This document shows positions 1 to 11,424 of a stretch of DNA of 50,948 nt, in pieces. Both the position numbers and the translations under genes were made by a program. This stretch comes from Folioceros fuciformis. Taxonomy: Eukaryota. The stretch is taken from positions 282,234-333,181 of the forward strand of contig JBNGIO010006382.1 of assembly GCA_049999805.1 (NCBI GenBank), read 5' to 3'. Numbering within the stretch: position 1 is the first letter of the stretch; every line of letters starts with the position of its first letter. Under the pieces are notes generated by a model. That model saw only the letters and a program-made list of their open reading frames with translations. It ran no database searches and had not been told where the DNA came from.

Positions 1-615
1 TCAAGGACGTGGAGGTGCTCACCAGCGCGTGGGACCTGGTGAGAAGCTTGCGCGGCTTGCTTGCTTCCCATGTCGTTGTTGCCCTCGCTGGAGCATGAGC
101 TGACCCGGGCGGGCCTTTCTGTCGCAGGTCGTCAGCTGGATGAAGGATACGAGTGGGGATGCAGACAGCGACCCCGAAGACAAGGCTCAGCCGGCATCCT
201 TGCCGCCAGCTTCTAGGCCACCCAGGTTTCCAAGTGGAATGATGTGAAAGTTGTTGTAGAAGAACGGACAGCAGGGTCTCTCTAACCCATGTCTGCTGCT
301 GCTGGCTTCAGGGTGGGATTGGGAGCCAAGAGTTTGCTGCAGAAGCAGAAACAGGTTGAAAATCTGAGCCCTCTGGAGAAGAAACTCAAGGCCAAACTGA
401 AAATCCCGCCTACACATGGCGGCCATCACGGGCAGGCGCACAGCAAGAAGAGAGTTTTATCAGATGAGGAGGGCAAGGTGAACGATGGTTCCGGCGATGA
501 AGGCCTGGAAAGTAGAGCCTCTGCCTTTCAGCGCAGGAGCCAGATTTCACCCCACACCATCCTTCAGCCAGATGCTACACAAGCTTCAAGAAAACGGAAG
601 AAAAAACACAAGTAA
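1..615 (+). CDS. 3' part of an uncharacterised conserved protein (DUF3245-like, RPxRxGLGAK motif, basic C-terminal NLS-like tail); 5'-truncated by the window edge
   Basis: Exons <1-38, 128-225 and 312-615 join in frame over GT-AG introns: KDVEVLTSAWDL|VVSWMKD...PPASRPPR|VGLGAKSLL...RKRKKKHK*. Family assignment is from motif memory only. Confidence 0.65.
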
Positions 616-746
616 CTCATGTCCCTGAGCATGTACATGAGTGGCTCTTCTCATCGGAGGAAAGGGGAGACGTCGGCAGGTTGCAGCAAGTGCACAAGTA
701 TAGCATTGTTGGCGATTGCTGCGGAGGAATAGCATGTGGTGTGTCA

Positions 747-1328
747 TCAAATGCGCCTGTCCGAATCCCTGAAGCTTCTAGAGATCTGCACGTCCAGTGA
801 AAGAACAAACTTAAGCCTCTGTCAGGTGAAAGTTTCGGAGGTATCAGGTCACGATGGAGAACACGCTCACCTCTGCCCTCAAGCTTTCAGAGAACTTCTT
901 CACTTGCTCGGCCACGTCCGCTTTAGTTTCTTGGCCTGTCAAGAGGCATCAGATTGAACATCTCGGTTAGCCATCGAGCTGGCATATTACACACCGCCAC
1001 AGGACTCTACGCTTTTGCTATCGTCATCATAATACATAAATTCCCGTTCGAAGCTAAGCTAACCTTTCAGTGCAAGCTCTTCAAGCTTCTTCGACGACTG
1101 CACAGCAAATCGTTGAAATGAAGGACTGCACATCCCACCAACCATCATCCACATCAATCTCCCCCTGTCACTCGAAAACCATTCGTTCTGCCAAATACCT
1201 TGCGGAAGGTCAGCAACAACAGATTTAAAGAATTCTCGCAGGCACACGTACTTGTTGGCAAGCCGATCTACCAGCAACTCGTTCACCACATACTGCATGA
1301 CCCTAGCGAGGAAACCTCTGCCAGACAT
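747..1328 (-). CDS. Small (80 aa) NCBP2-AS2-like conserved protein
   Basis: Exons 1328-1252, 1125-1064, 935-871 and 785-747 (243 nt, all introns GT-AG): MSGRGFLARVMQYVVNELLVDRLANNPSFQRFAVQSSKKLEELALKGQETKADVAEQVKKFSESLRAEISRSFRDSDRRI*. The LANxxxFQRFAV motif is typical of this small plant/animal family. Confidence 0.75.
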
Positions 1329-2691
1329 CTTGCCGAGATGTCAATTCCAAACTGCAGGGACGCACAAACAGAAAATGACGCGAAGAGTAAGCCCAGGACA
1401 CCGATAGATCGACCATAACCGAAATGAAATTCAATCCATGCCCTCCACGCATAGATTCGAGGAGGATTCGGACCCAAACCCTACAAGCGGGGCGTGGATC
1501 CTTCGATGCTGCAGAACTGCGTGGTGGGCACGGCGCCGGCTCGGCGAAATTGTTTACCGACTACAAATCAGCCACACCGGCGAACCCTGCCTGATCCAGA
1601 ACAATCCGACAAACTTCTGAAACCTGAACGGGGTCATTGACAACGTGGAAACCGTATCACTTATATAAGAGTTCAAGTCGGCAAAAGTAGCCTTCCTCAG
1701 TGCCCTGTCTGCTGGAGGTCTCAGCTACAGCACCCTGTCGCGACAATCAGACAAAGCTCCTGAGGAACACAGTGTGCGTGAGAGCTTCAACGCTGCGCAA
1801 AACAAGATGCAAGCTGAAGCTACTAGAAGAACGCAGAGACGGGGGTGGGTTCGACGAAGTGAAGATGTATCTGCATCTACTTCGACTCTTTGGAGCGAAT
1901 GGCTGTTAATTATGGTGGGATTGTCTGCGTCCCCTTGACCAAGCTTCCTTGAGTTTCGAAACCTGACATTGCGGCGGAACGGGACGAGCCAAAGAATATC
2001 TGTGCCCGCAGCTCAAAGAATTGGACCCTGTAACCCTACATCGGCTTCGAAGAAAATGCCAGCTCTTGAAGGGGGTTGAATGGGTACCGGGCGGCAGGGA
2101 AGTTGGGACATGGATTTGCACATAGTGGCCTTTCTACACAGTTGGTCTTACTGGAGGCGCAGAGTGGTAGGGACGAAGGACAGGCGTGGCGTGAATTGGC
2201 AAAGGAGAGGGACATCTTCAAGAGCTGAGGCTTTGTCACCGTCTTGAACGGGGCCTTCAATTTGCGGATGCTTGTGGGAATTTCTGTTCATCAGGGTGAT
2301 GCGGTGAGCAATCTTGCGAAGGCTGTGTGCACTCTGTAGCCCGTTTGGTTCGGCTGCCTTATTTCCGTCTTCGTTGTTCAAACGACGATTGTCCAATTCT
2401 TGTGTGTGGAAATTGGGAGAAGATGTAGCAATGATGAGTGTTAGCTTTCACACATTCATTCCGGTGTGTGACTCATGCCTGCTGAAGTCAGGAGTTGTGA
2501 TTCTGGTAGCTTTGCTGAAGTTGGCTTGACTGTCTGGTGTGCCCTTTGGTCTACGTACCTCAGAGACAGGCCTGCCCACTGACCTTAATCTGGTTGGCCT
2601 GGCAGCGTTGAATGTTTTTTGGATTTGTGATCTGAGCTCGATTGTTCATTTGGAATACCAGGACCAAGTCTTTACTTCTCAAGAGCTTGCC

Positions 2692-4167
2692 ATGTGGCCT
2701 TGCATAGTTCCTCCAGCTGTACAAGATCAGAAAATGCCTGATCCTGAGGAGGACGACACCATGGACGGGGGATTTCAAGCAGAGCTGCTGGATCAACCAA
2801 CTGTTTCACATCCGGCGTTTGAGCAGGAGGCTACGACCAGTATACACAGGGCTCTTCCGCCCTCAAGAAGCCGAGGTGGGCTGTCGACAAATGACCAGAG
2901 ATTCCTTCTTGTATTCATCCTGGGAGGCTATTTTGGACCAGACTTACGGAACGACGCAAATCGAAAGTCTGCTTTGCAAAGGAAGGCTACGCACACACCT
3001 ATGTACACAGCAGATCTGCTGGGTGGTTCTGTGTTCAAGCTCTCTGAAATCGAGAGCATATACTATTATTTGCTCCGGAAGTCGCACCCAAGTGCAAGAG
3101 TGAAGCTTCAGTCGTTGTATAAGTTCTTGCATGGCCATTTGACACCTCCTGTGAGGGAGACTTTAGATGATGATCGGCAGTTTCCGGATCTGTTTCCAAC
3201 ACTCTTGCACAAGCAATCTAGGTACAAAGGCACTTACAAAGTTGTGGAAAGCATCGTTTTTATTGATGACCCAGATGTGTCCTTCATGAAGCTGGAGGAC
3301 ATTAGCAGGTTCAAACATCTTAGTGGTCTGAGTGACCTTGCAGTTGACAGAAACGCAGCAAGGTCATACGCGCATGGTCAAAGGGCAGACAGGGATGACG
3401 AAAGGCAGGCCCGTCTTATGGAAGTTCATGCCCAAGGTTTGAAGAGTCAAGGTGGAGTTGACGCTGGCGAACCCAATGGTCGTGTGAAAAGGAGAAGAAA
3501 AAAAGGGGAGGTGGAGACCGCACTCTCGCAGAGTCCACTGGTGGCACAGCACCTAGAAACAAGTCAATCTGCTCCACGTACGGAAATCGGTGCTGCAGTG
3601 TTGCTTCTTCCTGGTGTGCCTTCAGCAGAACAGTGGAGTAGTGTAATAGGTGCAATAAAGCCATCGATAGTACTCACTGGAACTGCAGCAGCTCGTCAAA
3701 CTGGTCCTTTGGTTGGACTGGTCGACATTGGGGATTGTGAGGACGCTTATCTGTTCCGTTCGGCCTTACCAGGAGTGAAGAAGGAAGGTGTGTGCTCGAT
3801 TTTGTCTGTTGCTGTGAGATACTGCGATTTCCTTGTCTTTGTGACGTAATATCAGGGTAGACTTTGACGTTCACTCTTCCGTTGACAAGCAGGCGATTTC
3901 CATTGTGAAGTGGAATTTGACGGGAAGGTGACGATCAAGGGCACTACCACAACTGGAGAGGCTAGAATTGTGAGGGATGCCAGAGTATTCAAGATGCAGA
4001 GTCAGTACCTGTGTCCTCCGGGACAATTCACGGTATCATTCTACCTGCCTGGACCAGTCGAACCTAGTCAGTTCACTGGAACGTTTGGCTCAGATGGTAT
4101 TCTGGAGGGCCTTGTGTTCAAACAGAGAGTGAGAAGTGGTGCTGCAGCTTTGACGTTCGAGTCCTAA
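2692..4167 (+). CDS. IDM2/IDM3 (Increased DNA Methylation)-like protein with a C-terminal alpha-crystallin (HSP20-like) domain
   Basis: ATG at 2692; exons 2692-3787 and 3893-4167 (phase-1 GT-AG intron). N-terminal DQRFLLxFIxGxYFGPD block and ACD motifs GLVDIGDCEDAYLFRSALPGV, GKVTIKGTTTTGE, LCPPGQFTVSFYLPGPV and DGILEG. Confidence 0.85.
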
Positions 4168-4511
4168 AGGTGCGCGTCAGTGGCTTGTGTAGAAAACGTC
4201 CTTAGTGGGTGGATTTCCCGTGTGCATCGATTCTTATGATACGCTGTTGATGTTTGTACACGCGAGCTTTTGCTCTCCCCAACCAGCTTTTGGCATTCAT
4301 TCTTGCCAGAAGTCTGTCGTGACGGTTGGTTGTTAAGAACTGCATACCGTACGCTGTCTCATCCTTCGTGATCCCATATCACCACATCTGCATGTGGGTA
4401 GAAAATTTCTGGTAATTTCAGATAAGAGACAGACATGAACGTGTCCAACCTGGTAGCAGTTTTTAGCGGAATCGTTTCTGTTTGCTGTTCACTCGTCGAA
4501 TATTCTTGAGA

Positions 4512-4700
4512 CGAGCGGCGAATGCACTAGTACCGAGTCCAGCAGAGAACGCACTACTACCGAGTCGAGCACCGAATGCACCAGTACCGAGTCGAGCATC
4601 GAATGCACTGCTACCGAGTCGAGCAGCTCATGCACTACTACCGAGTCGAGCAGCGAATGCAATGTTACCGACTCGAGCCTCCAATGCACTGCTACCGAGT
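4512..4700. repeat. Degenerate 27-bp tandem repeat, 7 copies (consensus CGAGCAGCGAATGCACTACTACCGAGT)
   Basis: Seven contiguous 27-nt units can be read directly, with no spacers; the array lies between convergent gene ends. Confidence 0.95.
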
Positions 4701-4840
4701 CGAGAACATGCGTCCATCGTGTACCCTTAGCGATGGAGGTGAAAACAGGAAATGCTCGATGCTTAAGGCAACGGCAAACTGGCTAAGACCAGTAACACCC
4801 TAGGGTTGTTAGCACGGCCATTCGCCCTCCCCATAGCGTG

Positions 4841-7160
4841 TCACCTCACCAGGGTTCTTGAGTCGAAGCTGACGCTGCTGAGCGAGGTCGTGTTGCTATG
4901 CTCACCGCCGAGATCCTCGGAAGTGGAGTACAGGCCGCTTCTAGACTGGTACGAAAATGGAGGACTCTCCACTGGGACAACACCCTCCAGCATCTGCAGC
5001 ACAAGCCTCATGGTCGGCCTGAGCGACACGTCTTCTTGGATACACCATAGAGCAATCCGGCACAGCAGCTTCACCTGTTCTACGTCAACAGTCCTGCCCA
5101 TGTTCCATTCGATTTGCAAATCCTTGTCAAGTAGGTCTACAATGTCACCCGTCTCTAGTTGCTGATGTACCCATTCGGGGTAGATCATCTTTGCGTCATC
5201 CACGGTGTCAGGGTCAACGTCCAACCTCCCACTAACCATCTCCAGCAGCACCATTCCCCAGCTATAAACATCACTCTTGTGGGTAATGAACCGTTCTCCC
5301 ATCGTCCACTCTGGGGGCAGGTACCTGTGGGTACCACGCAAGGTAGACACGAGAGGGACCTTATCACTGTCCATGAGTTTGGTAAGTCCATAGTCAGTTA
5401 CCTTAGCTTTAAAGCTGCTGTCCAGCAGAATGTTGGCAGGCTTGATTCCATAGTGGAGTATCTGCTTGGGGCAACCTTCATGCAGGTGGTGCAGCCCCCT
5501 TGTCGCGTCTACCGCAATCCTGAATCTCTGGATCCACTGAAGAGATGGCAGCTGCTTGTTTGAATTGTCAGAGCGGAATATATACTTGTCTAGAGAACCA
5601 TTTACCAGGAACTCGTACACAAGTAGCCTATGCGATCCCTCGAAACAGTATCCTAACAGCCTCACCACATTGTTGTGTTGGATGCTCCCCAAAGCAGCCA
5701 TCTCTGCACGAAATTCTTTCTCCTCCTGCCTTGATCCTTGCAGTTGCTTCACTGCGACCGTCTCTCCAGTGACAAGAACCCCTTTATGAACCACTCCGAA
5801 ACCTCCCTTGCCCAATTCTTCACAGAAATTGTTGGTAGCGGCCACTAGCTCCTTGAAGGTAAAGCGAAGCGTTGCTTCCATGACAACATCATTCAGTGTA
5901 AAACCTTCAAACTTCCCTTCCAACCCATCGTCGGTAGGGAGACGGCGTCTCCACAGCAAAAACCCAACAAGGCCCCCAACAAGTATTACTATAGGAACTA
6001 TAATGCCTGCCAATGCAGCGATCATGTGTTAGCCGTGAACAAGAACGACCTTCCTGCGGGACAAGGCTACTGCATATATGGTGGTACCAACAGATTGAAA
6101 AAGAAAAAAAAAAAAACTAACCTAACACAATCGGCGTAACAGACGCTGCCCGGTTCTTGGGGTTCGGAGAGCCTGTAGGTAGTGCAAAAAGCAATGCGAT
6201 CAACGCCAGTCACAAGGCAAACCTGAACTCACAGACAAATTGGTGGCAAGTCCTTATAAGCTGCTTACGTGCGGAGGGGGGAGACAGGGGCTGAGAAGGG
6301 GAGCCAGGATTGTCGGGCTGAGAAGGGGAGCCACGAGAGTCTGGCACCGGTGCTGGTGCTGGTGCTGGATTCCCAAGAGGACAAGTTGCGTTCTGTATCA
6401 AGCCAGCACTGCAGTAACAGAGAAAATTCTTGGACGATTGGTCATAGCCACAAACACCGTTGCTTGCTGTGCAAGTGGCGCATTGCTTGCTGGTTGTGAG
6501 TATTGCATCCCATTGCATCTGATATCCGTGCACCCAATTTGCAGCATTGTCTCCCGGTCTGAGGTTTACCACGGAGGTATAGCCCAAGGTGGGACCATTG
6601 GAGGAACAATTCAACGCCTGCAGATTGATGCTGTCCGCTGGACTTGCTTTATGAGTGCAGCAGCCAGGAAATCGAAGGGGCGGACCTGCTCCACATTTCT
6701 CATATGCCTTGCATGCATCGCTGGAAAAGTTGCAGAGATAGTTTCGGGAACCTGTCAACAACGGACCATTGCTGCTGTCACAAGCTGTGAAGAGAAAGAC
6801 GGTGTTGAAGAGTTGGAGAGGCCCGCTGGAGTTCACAGCAAAGTTCCGATCAGAGATGTCCTTAAAGCAGCCCCTACCATTGGTGAGGAAGGAATCACTG
6901 ATCACCACTGTACGGTTCGAATAGTTGAGGGACTGTACAGAGTAAGATCCAGATTGTACCGTCATATTCAAAGCTCCAGAGTTGCATGTCAGCAGGCCTT
7001 GAAAATCAGGATGCCCGCAGCCAGGACTCAGGGCAAACGGATACGACACGGATTTGCCTCCGCAGGTGGACTGGCAAGGAGAAGGAGGAGCAGCAGCACC
7101 CCCTTCCAAACATAGAGCGAGAATGAGAAGGAAAGAGAAGATACGCTTGGGCCCGTGCAT
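4841..7160 (-). CDS. Receptor-like kinase: signal peptide, GUB_WAK/WAK-association Cys-rich ectodomain, Pro-rich linker, TM and LRK10L-2/SD-2-type kinase domain (catalytic Asp absent)
   Basis: ATG 7160 (MHGPKRIFSFLLILALCLEGGAAA); exons 7160-6269, 6172-6122 and 6006-4841 join in frame. Ectodomain CGGKSVSYPF...GCGHPDF and CATCTASNGVCGYD...FLCYC; TM IIVPIVILVGGLVGFLLW followed by RRR; kinase LGKGGFG, VAVK, HYGIKPAN, DYGL, PPEW, SDVYSWG. Confidence 0.9.
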
Positions 7161-10100
7161 TGCTCCAGGAGGCCGCCTGCAGCACAAGGGACGGGAGCAG
7201 AGAAACAGCGTATCCACAAAACAGGAACTGCGTCCGCAGGCAGGATCCTGCAGCTCAGAAAATCTCTCCCTGACGACGGCTTCCTGCGACTTCAAAACTG
7301 TTCCACTCCGCGCTCAGGAGGCGCCATCGCATAGCAAATCTCCCAACGCAACAATTGGAAGCCGTCCGATCCACGTGCTTCCTGCTCCCAGTCCACTACG
7401 CTACACCCCACGAGACCAAATACGAGGAACATTCGACGACGACACTGAGAAAGCGCTGATGAAGAGCATGAAGATTCCCGACCGATCTACTGGTCTTGAT
7501 GAACGAGAAAGAAAAATGATGCTGAAAAACATGGCAGTGAATTCAATTTGGCGCCACTGGACGGAGCCAGAGCAGGCAAAGCTTCCAAGCTGCTCAGACT
7601 CGATCAAGCAGCGGCGCCAGCATCACAATCCTTCTACGCTGAAACGAGCATGCCAACACAGTCCCTGGCAGGGAGAGCAAATTAAAGCACCCCGGAAACT
7701 CCCTGTAGACATCACAGTAGCAGTGTGCGGCAATGCGCCACAAAATTCGATCACACCGCTAGAATTCACGGGGCAGCCGCGTGCTTCTGTGCGCTACAGC
7801 GCTCGAACAGCCATCGATCCGTGAGAGACCCAAGACTGCGTCCACAACCCGACCTCGCCTCGCCTGGAGAGACGCGGGTCGAGTCTCCAGTCTAGCGGAG
7901 CTTGCCACACAAGTTAGGCTAACCAGCTGCGACAACGCTTCGTTCAGCGAAGCCGACTACACCGGTGTGAACAAATGCGAGGGGAAGGAAGGGGGCGCGA
8001 AAGCGAATGGCGCGAGTCTCGCCAGCTGTCGGTGGCGACCCGGGTTTCCATGCAGCTTGTGGCCACCTCGCCCAATGATCGCTTCCAATACGCGCTCAGT
8101 GGGTCCCGTTGGATCGTGAGCCACGGGTTGCGCCCTCTTACCGATGTTTCGCCGCTTGTATAGCCGAGGGTTGCCATTAACGGAAGGCTGCGTTGTTTTT
8201 TTCCCACTCCTGAGTTGCGCACGATGGATCAAATTGGCCCAACCAGATCCTTTCCCGCCTGAGCCGCTCTTCTGGCAGCTACCTGTCAAGCCCGATCGAA
8301 AAATTCTTATCAAATGCCCAACGCGATTTCCTTTCCCTGACTCGGTTGCACTGTTCATTCAAACTCTTCACCGTCGTGATCTGATCGGTCTTACAGCTAT
8401 GCCACCCTACTTTCTTCCTCCTCTGGCCTTGTCTGTAGAGCAGATCACAGATCTATACTATGGTGATGGATGTCCCTCCTTCTAGAACCCAGCTCTTGTC
8501 ACGGAAGGCACAGCTTAATCGCATCCTGACAGCCTTGGTAGCACATGAGACGGCAAGGAAGTGAACATACAGTACCATCGTTGTGTGAGCAGTCTAGTCT
8601 ACTTCTACTTGAGACAAAACAAGGATTGATATCTGGACATTTCTAAACAATTCACTTTCCCTGTCCTGTGCTGAATCGGGTCTTGTGCTATAACGCATAT
8701 ACGAGCATTTGCGTGCACTTCTGCAGCAGCGTCTCGGCCAGCGAGCGTCGGTGAAGCATTCGGGAAATCATCATCAATCGATAGTGGAAAGCAACCAAGA
8801 CGAGGAAGATGCTGATTCGGTTGGTAGCTTGACTGTTGCGCCTCCTCACGGCTCGCCATCCGCCATAGCCGGAAGGAAGTACACGGTTGGAGCGCCAGCC
8901 GATGTAGAAGTCCCTGTTGCTATCCTGTTTTTTTTTCCTGATCCCCGGCCCAGGCCCCGGCCCCGTAACAAGATGCATGTGTCTCGAGGCGCGGGCCGGG
9001 AGCAAGCCATCATCATTGGATCCGAGGGCTTGCTGTACCTTGTGTGCGGACTACCCAGGTGGAGATTGTGTGTGACGAGATGAGGAATCTGCATCTGGCA
9101 GCTGCAGCTGGAGTCGTAAGCGTAAGCGTAAGCACGGCTTCGTCGCTAAGGACTCTGTGAAATGGCCGATAAAGATTAGGACAAGCCACGCGGTCTGGGA
9201 CACTCATGCCAACGCAGGCAGACTTGAGAGCTCAGTACAGTGTCGTCAGCGAAACCAAAACCGTTGGCACTCATTGTGATGAATCCCTTAGCCAGAGCTC
9301 CGCAATGAACTCGTCTGCCTCCAGAGTTCCAGTCTGTGAGGAAGAGCCGTGGCCGCGTTAGGGATTGGAATTCCAAGTTGGCAGTGGATCATTCGGTGAG
9401 CTTGTCCGCGGAATGTTGCATCGTCCTGACACGCTTTGCAGGTACGGTACAGCTTCGTCAGGCTAGGTCTGATGAGACGGCCGCTGGTGACATAGCGCGT
9501 TCCTTCCTCACGACATCAGCGAGGAGTGACCACTTTGTTGTGTGCGGACGTGATGTAGGAAGCGTAGCGCTCCCTGCGTGTGCAGTTCGTGAGGCTTGAT
9601 GATGGAGCAGGCAATAGACTACCTGGCTGTGAAGATGGTGGTGCTTGCCGAGAAGATGCAAGGGATAGCAACAGCAGTAGCAGGGATGAGAAATATCCAA
9701 AGGCCCGTGGATGGCTTTGAAATTCCGTGCCTTGGAGCGATGGAGCTTGCGCCACATGGTGTCACGTCGGGTTTTTCCGACATCCCTTTTCAAGATTCAT
9801 TACGCCTCGTGACGTTGGCTTGCGATGGCACCGCCCAAGTTGCAATATAGATATGTATGTGATTTCGGAATTTCCTTAGGCTATGGGTTATGGATGTGTT
9901 GGCGTCGACGTGGGGGCCTGTGGCAAAACCGTACATGGACGGCGACACATATGTATGTAGACAAGTAGCGAGGCATTGGCCACTTGGCCACGTGTGCGAT
10001 TGAGGTGGGCAAAGGACGGGATGGAACAATCCTTGCAGTTCCACTACAGTCGTGACTCATCACCTCTTCTTCCTCTTCGCACCGGCACCGGGAGAGGCAC

Positions 10101-10424
10101 CGGGACAAGGCACCGGCAGGGAGGGTCCTCAGGGGGTCAGGAGCACCGGCAGGCTTGGGTCCTTCAAAATGGACCCCAGCCTCTCTAACAATTGACGCAT
10201 TGTGAGCTGTGGTCTGTGACCGGCCCTTGTTGATCGTAGCTGTCGATCCACACCAGCTATGCTTCGCACGGTCACATCCGAATTGTGAATTCCGTTGCGA
10301 CCAAGAGACGAGGACGGGGGCTGGCAGCTTCAGCTTCAGCTGGCTGCTGTCGGAATTGCTTGTTCCCTTGGCATTTGCTTTGCGTGTGAGATCTATCTGG
10401 TGGAGGAGGTTCGTGACAGGCAGC

Positions 10425-11274
10425 ATGGCAGACGAGCATGCTCCCACTCCGACTCGGATACTGTTGGCAGTGAATAAGTCGTACAAGGGATATCCCCTGC
10501 CGGCCATCAGCAGTGAGCATGCGTTCGGGTGGGTGCTGGAAAAGCTCATTCCCAAGGGTTGCGCCCAGCACTACAAGCTCCTGATTTTGCACGTCCTGGT
10601 GAACGACGAGGATGGTGAGTTGAAACATGCATTGGAGGTTGCAAACCCGCGCGGACTAGCCTGGCTACGGGTGGTTGTTACTTCATTCACCGTCAGAACT
10701 TCGATCTTTGTAACTGCTGCTTTGCTCATCGCCGGAAGGCATACTCCGCAGGCTTTGATGACGTGGATAGTGTTTACGCCACACCAGACGATTTCCATGC
10801 GCACAAGCAAGCAGAAAAAACTAGGGGGAAACATTTTCTTGAAGAATTCGTCCGAAAGTGCAAAGAGGCTGAGGTCCGAGGCTTGCTGAGTGTTTGCAAT
10901 GACAGAACTGGCCAGGAGATTTGCGTCCCAGGGCTGACCGTTAGCTGGATCAACCTGTTCCAGGTACCTTGTAGAGCGTGGCTCAAGAAGGGTGATCCTA
11001 CAGAGGTTATCAACGCGGAAATCCGACGGGTGCAGCCAGACTTGCTGGTTTTGGGAAGTCGAGGTCTTTCAACGATTCAGCAGTACGTTTTCCTTCTGCC
11101 CATTGTTTACCAGTCGCACTCTTGACTTTACAGAGTCACGCAGCCATCTTGCTCTTTGTTTGCAGGATGTTTGTCGGCAGTGTGAGCGGGCACTGCTTCA
11201 AAACTGCAGAATGTCCTATTCTCATCGTGAAGCGACCTCCCAATCTCGCCCCGGACGATCCACTTGCCGATTAG
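10425..11274 (+). CDS. Universal stress protein A-like (USP domain)
   Basis: Exons 10425-10614, 10752-10873, 10964-11082 and 11166-11274; motifs RILLAVN, GDPTEVI, PDLLVLGSRGL, FVGSVS and CPILIVK. Confidence 0.92.
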
Positions 11275-11424
11275 ACGCTGTGTGTGCAGAACATGTTCTA
11301 AAACATAACTTTGATGCAGATTGACTTATCTGTCCCTGTCATTTACTACAGAAAAATATGTGTACAACATTTCGTTTATTTTCAAGAAATTTATTTCTTC
11401 ACCGATCTTTTGATCATCAAATTT

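Noticed and set aside
2539-2691. GTG-started N-terminal extension of the IDM2/3-like ORF
   Set aside because: Looks like UTR/intron sequence (T-rich, acceptor-like taccag at 2661); the first ATG is at 2692.
4512-4700. 27-bp repeats as a CRISPR-like array
   Set aside because: Units are contiguous without unique spacers, the context is eukaryotic, and no cas genes are present.
6270-6372. Short repeats encoding PAPAPAP and two GSPSQP units
   Set aside because: Ordinary Pro-rich juxtamembrane linker of the receptor kinase.
6240-7115. 291-codon + strand ORF
   Set aside because: Antisense shadow of the receptor-kinase ectodomain exon, with no recognisable motifs.
9881-10555. 224-codon - strand ORF
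   Set aside because: Overlaps the USP first exon and leader in antisense; GC-rich and stop-poor, with no domain signal.
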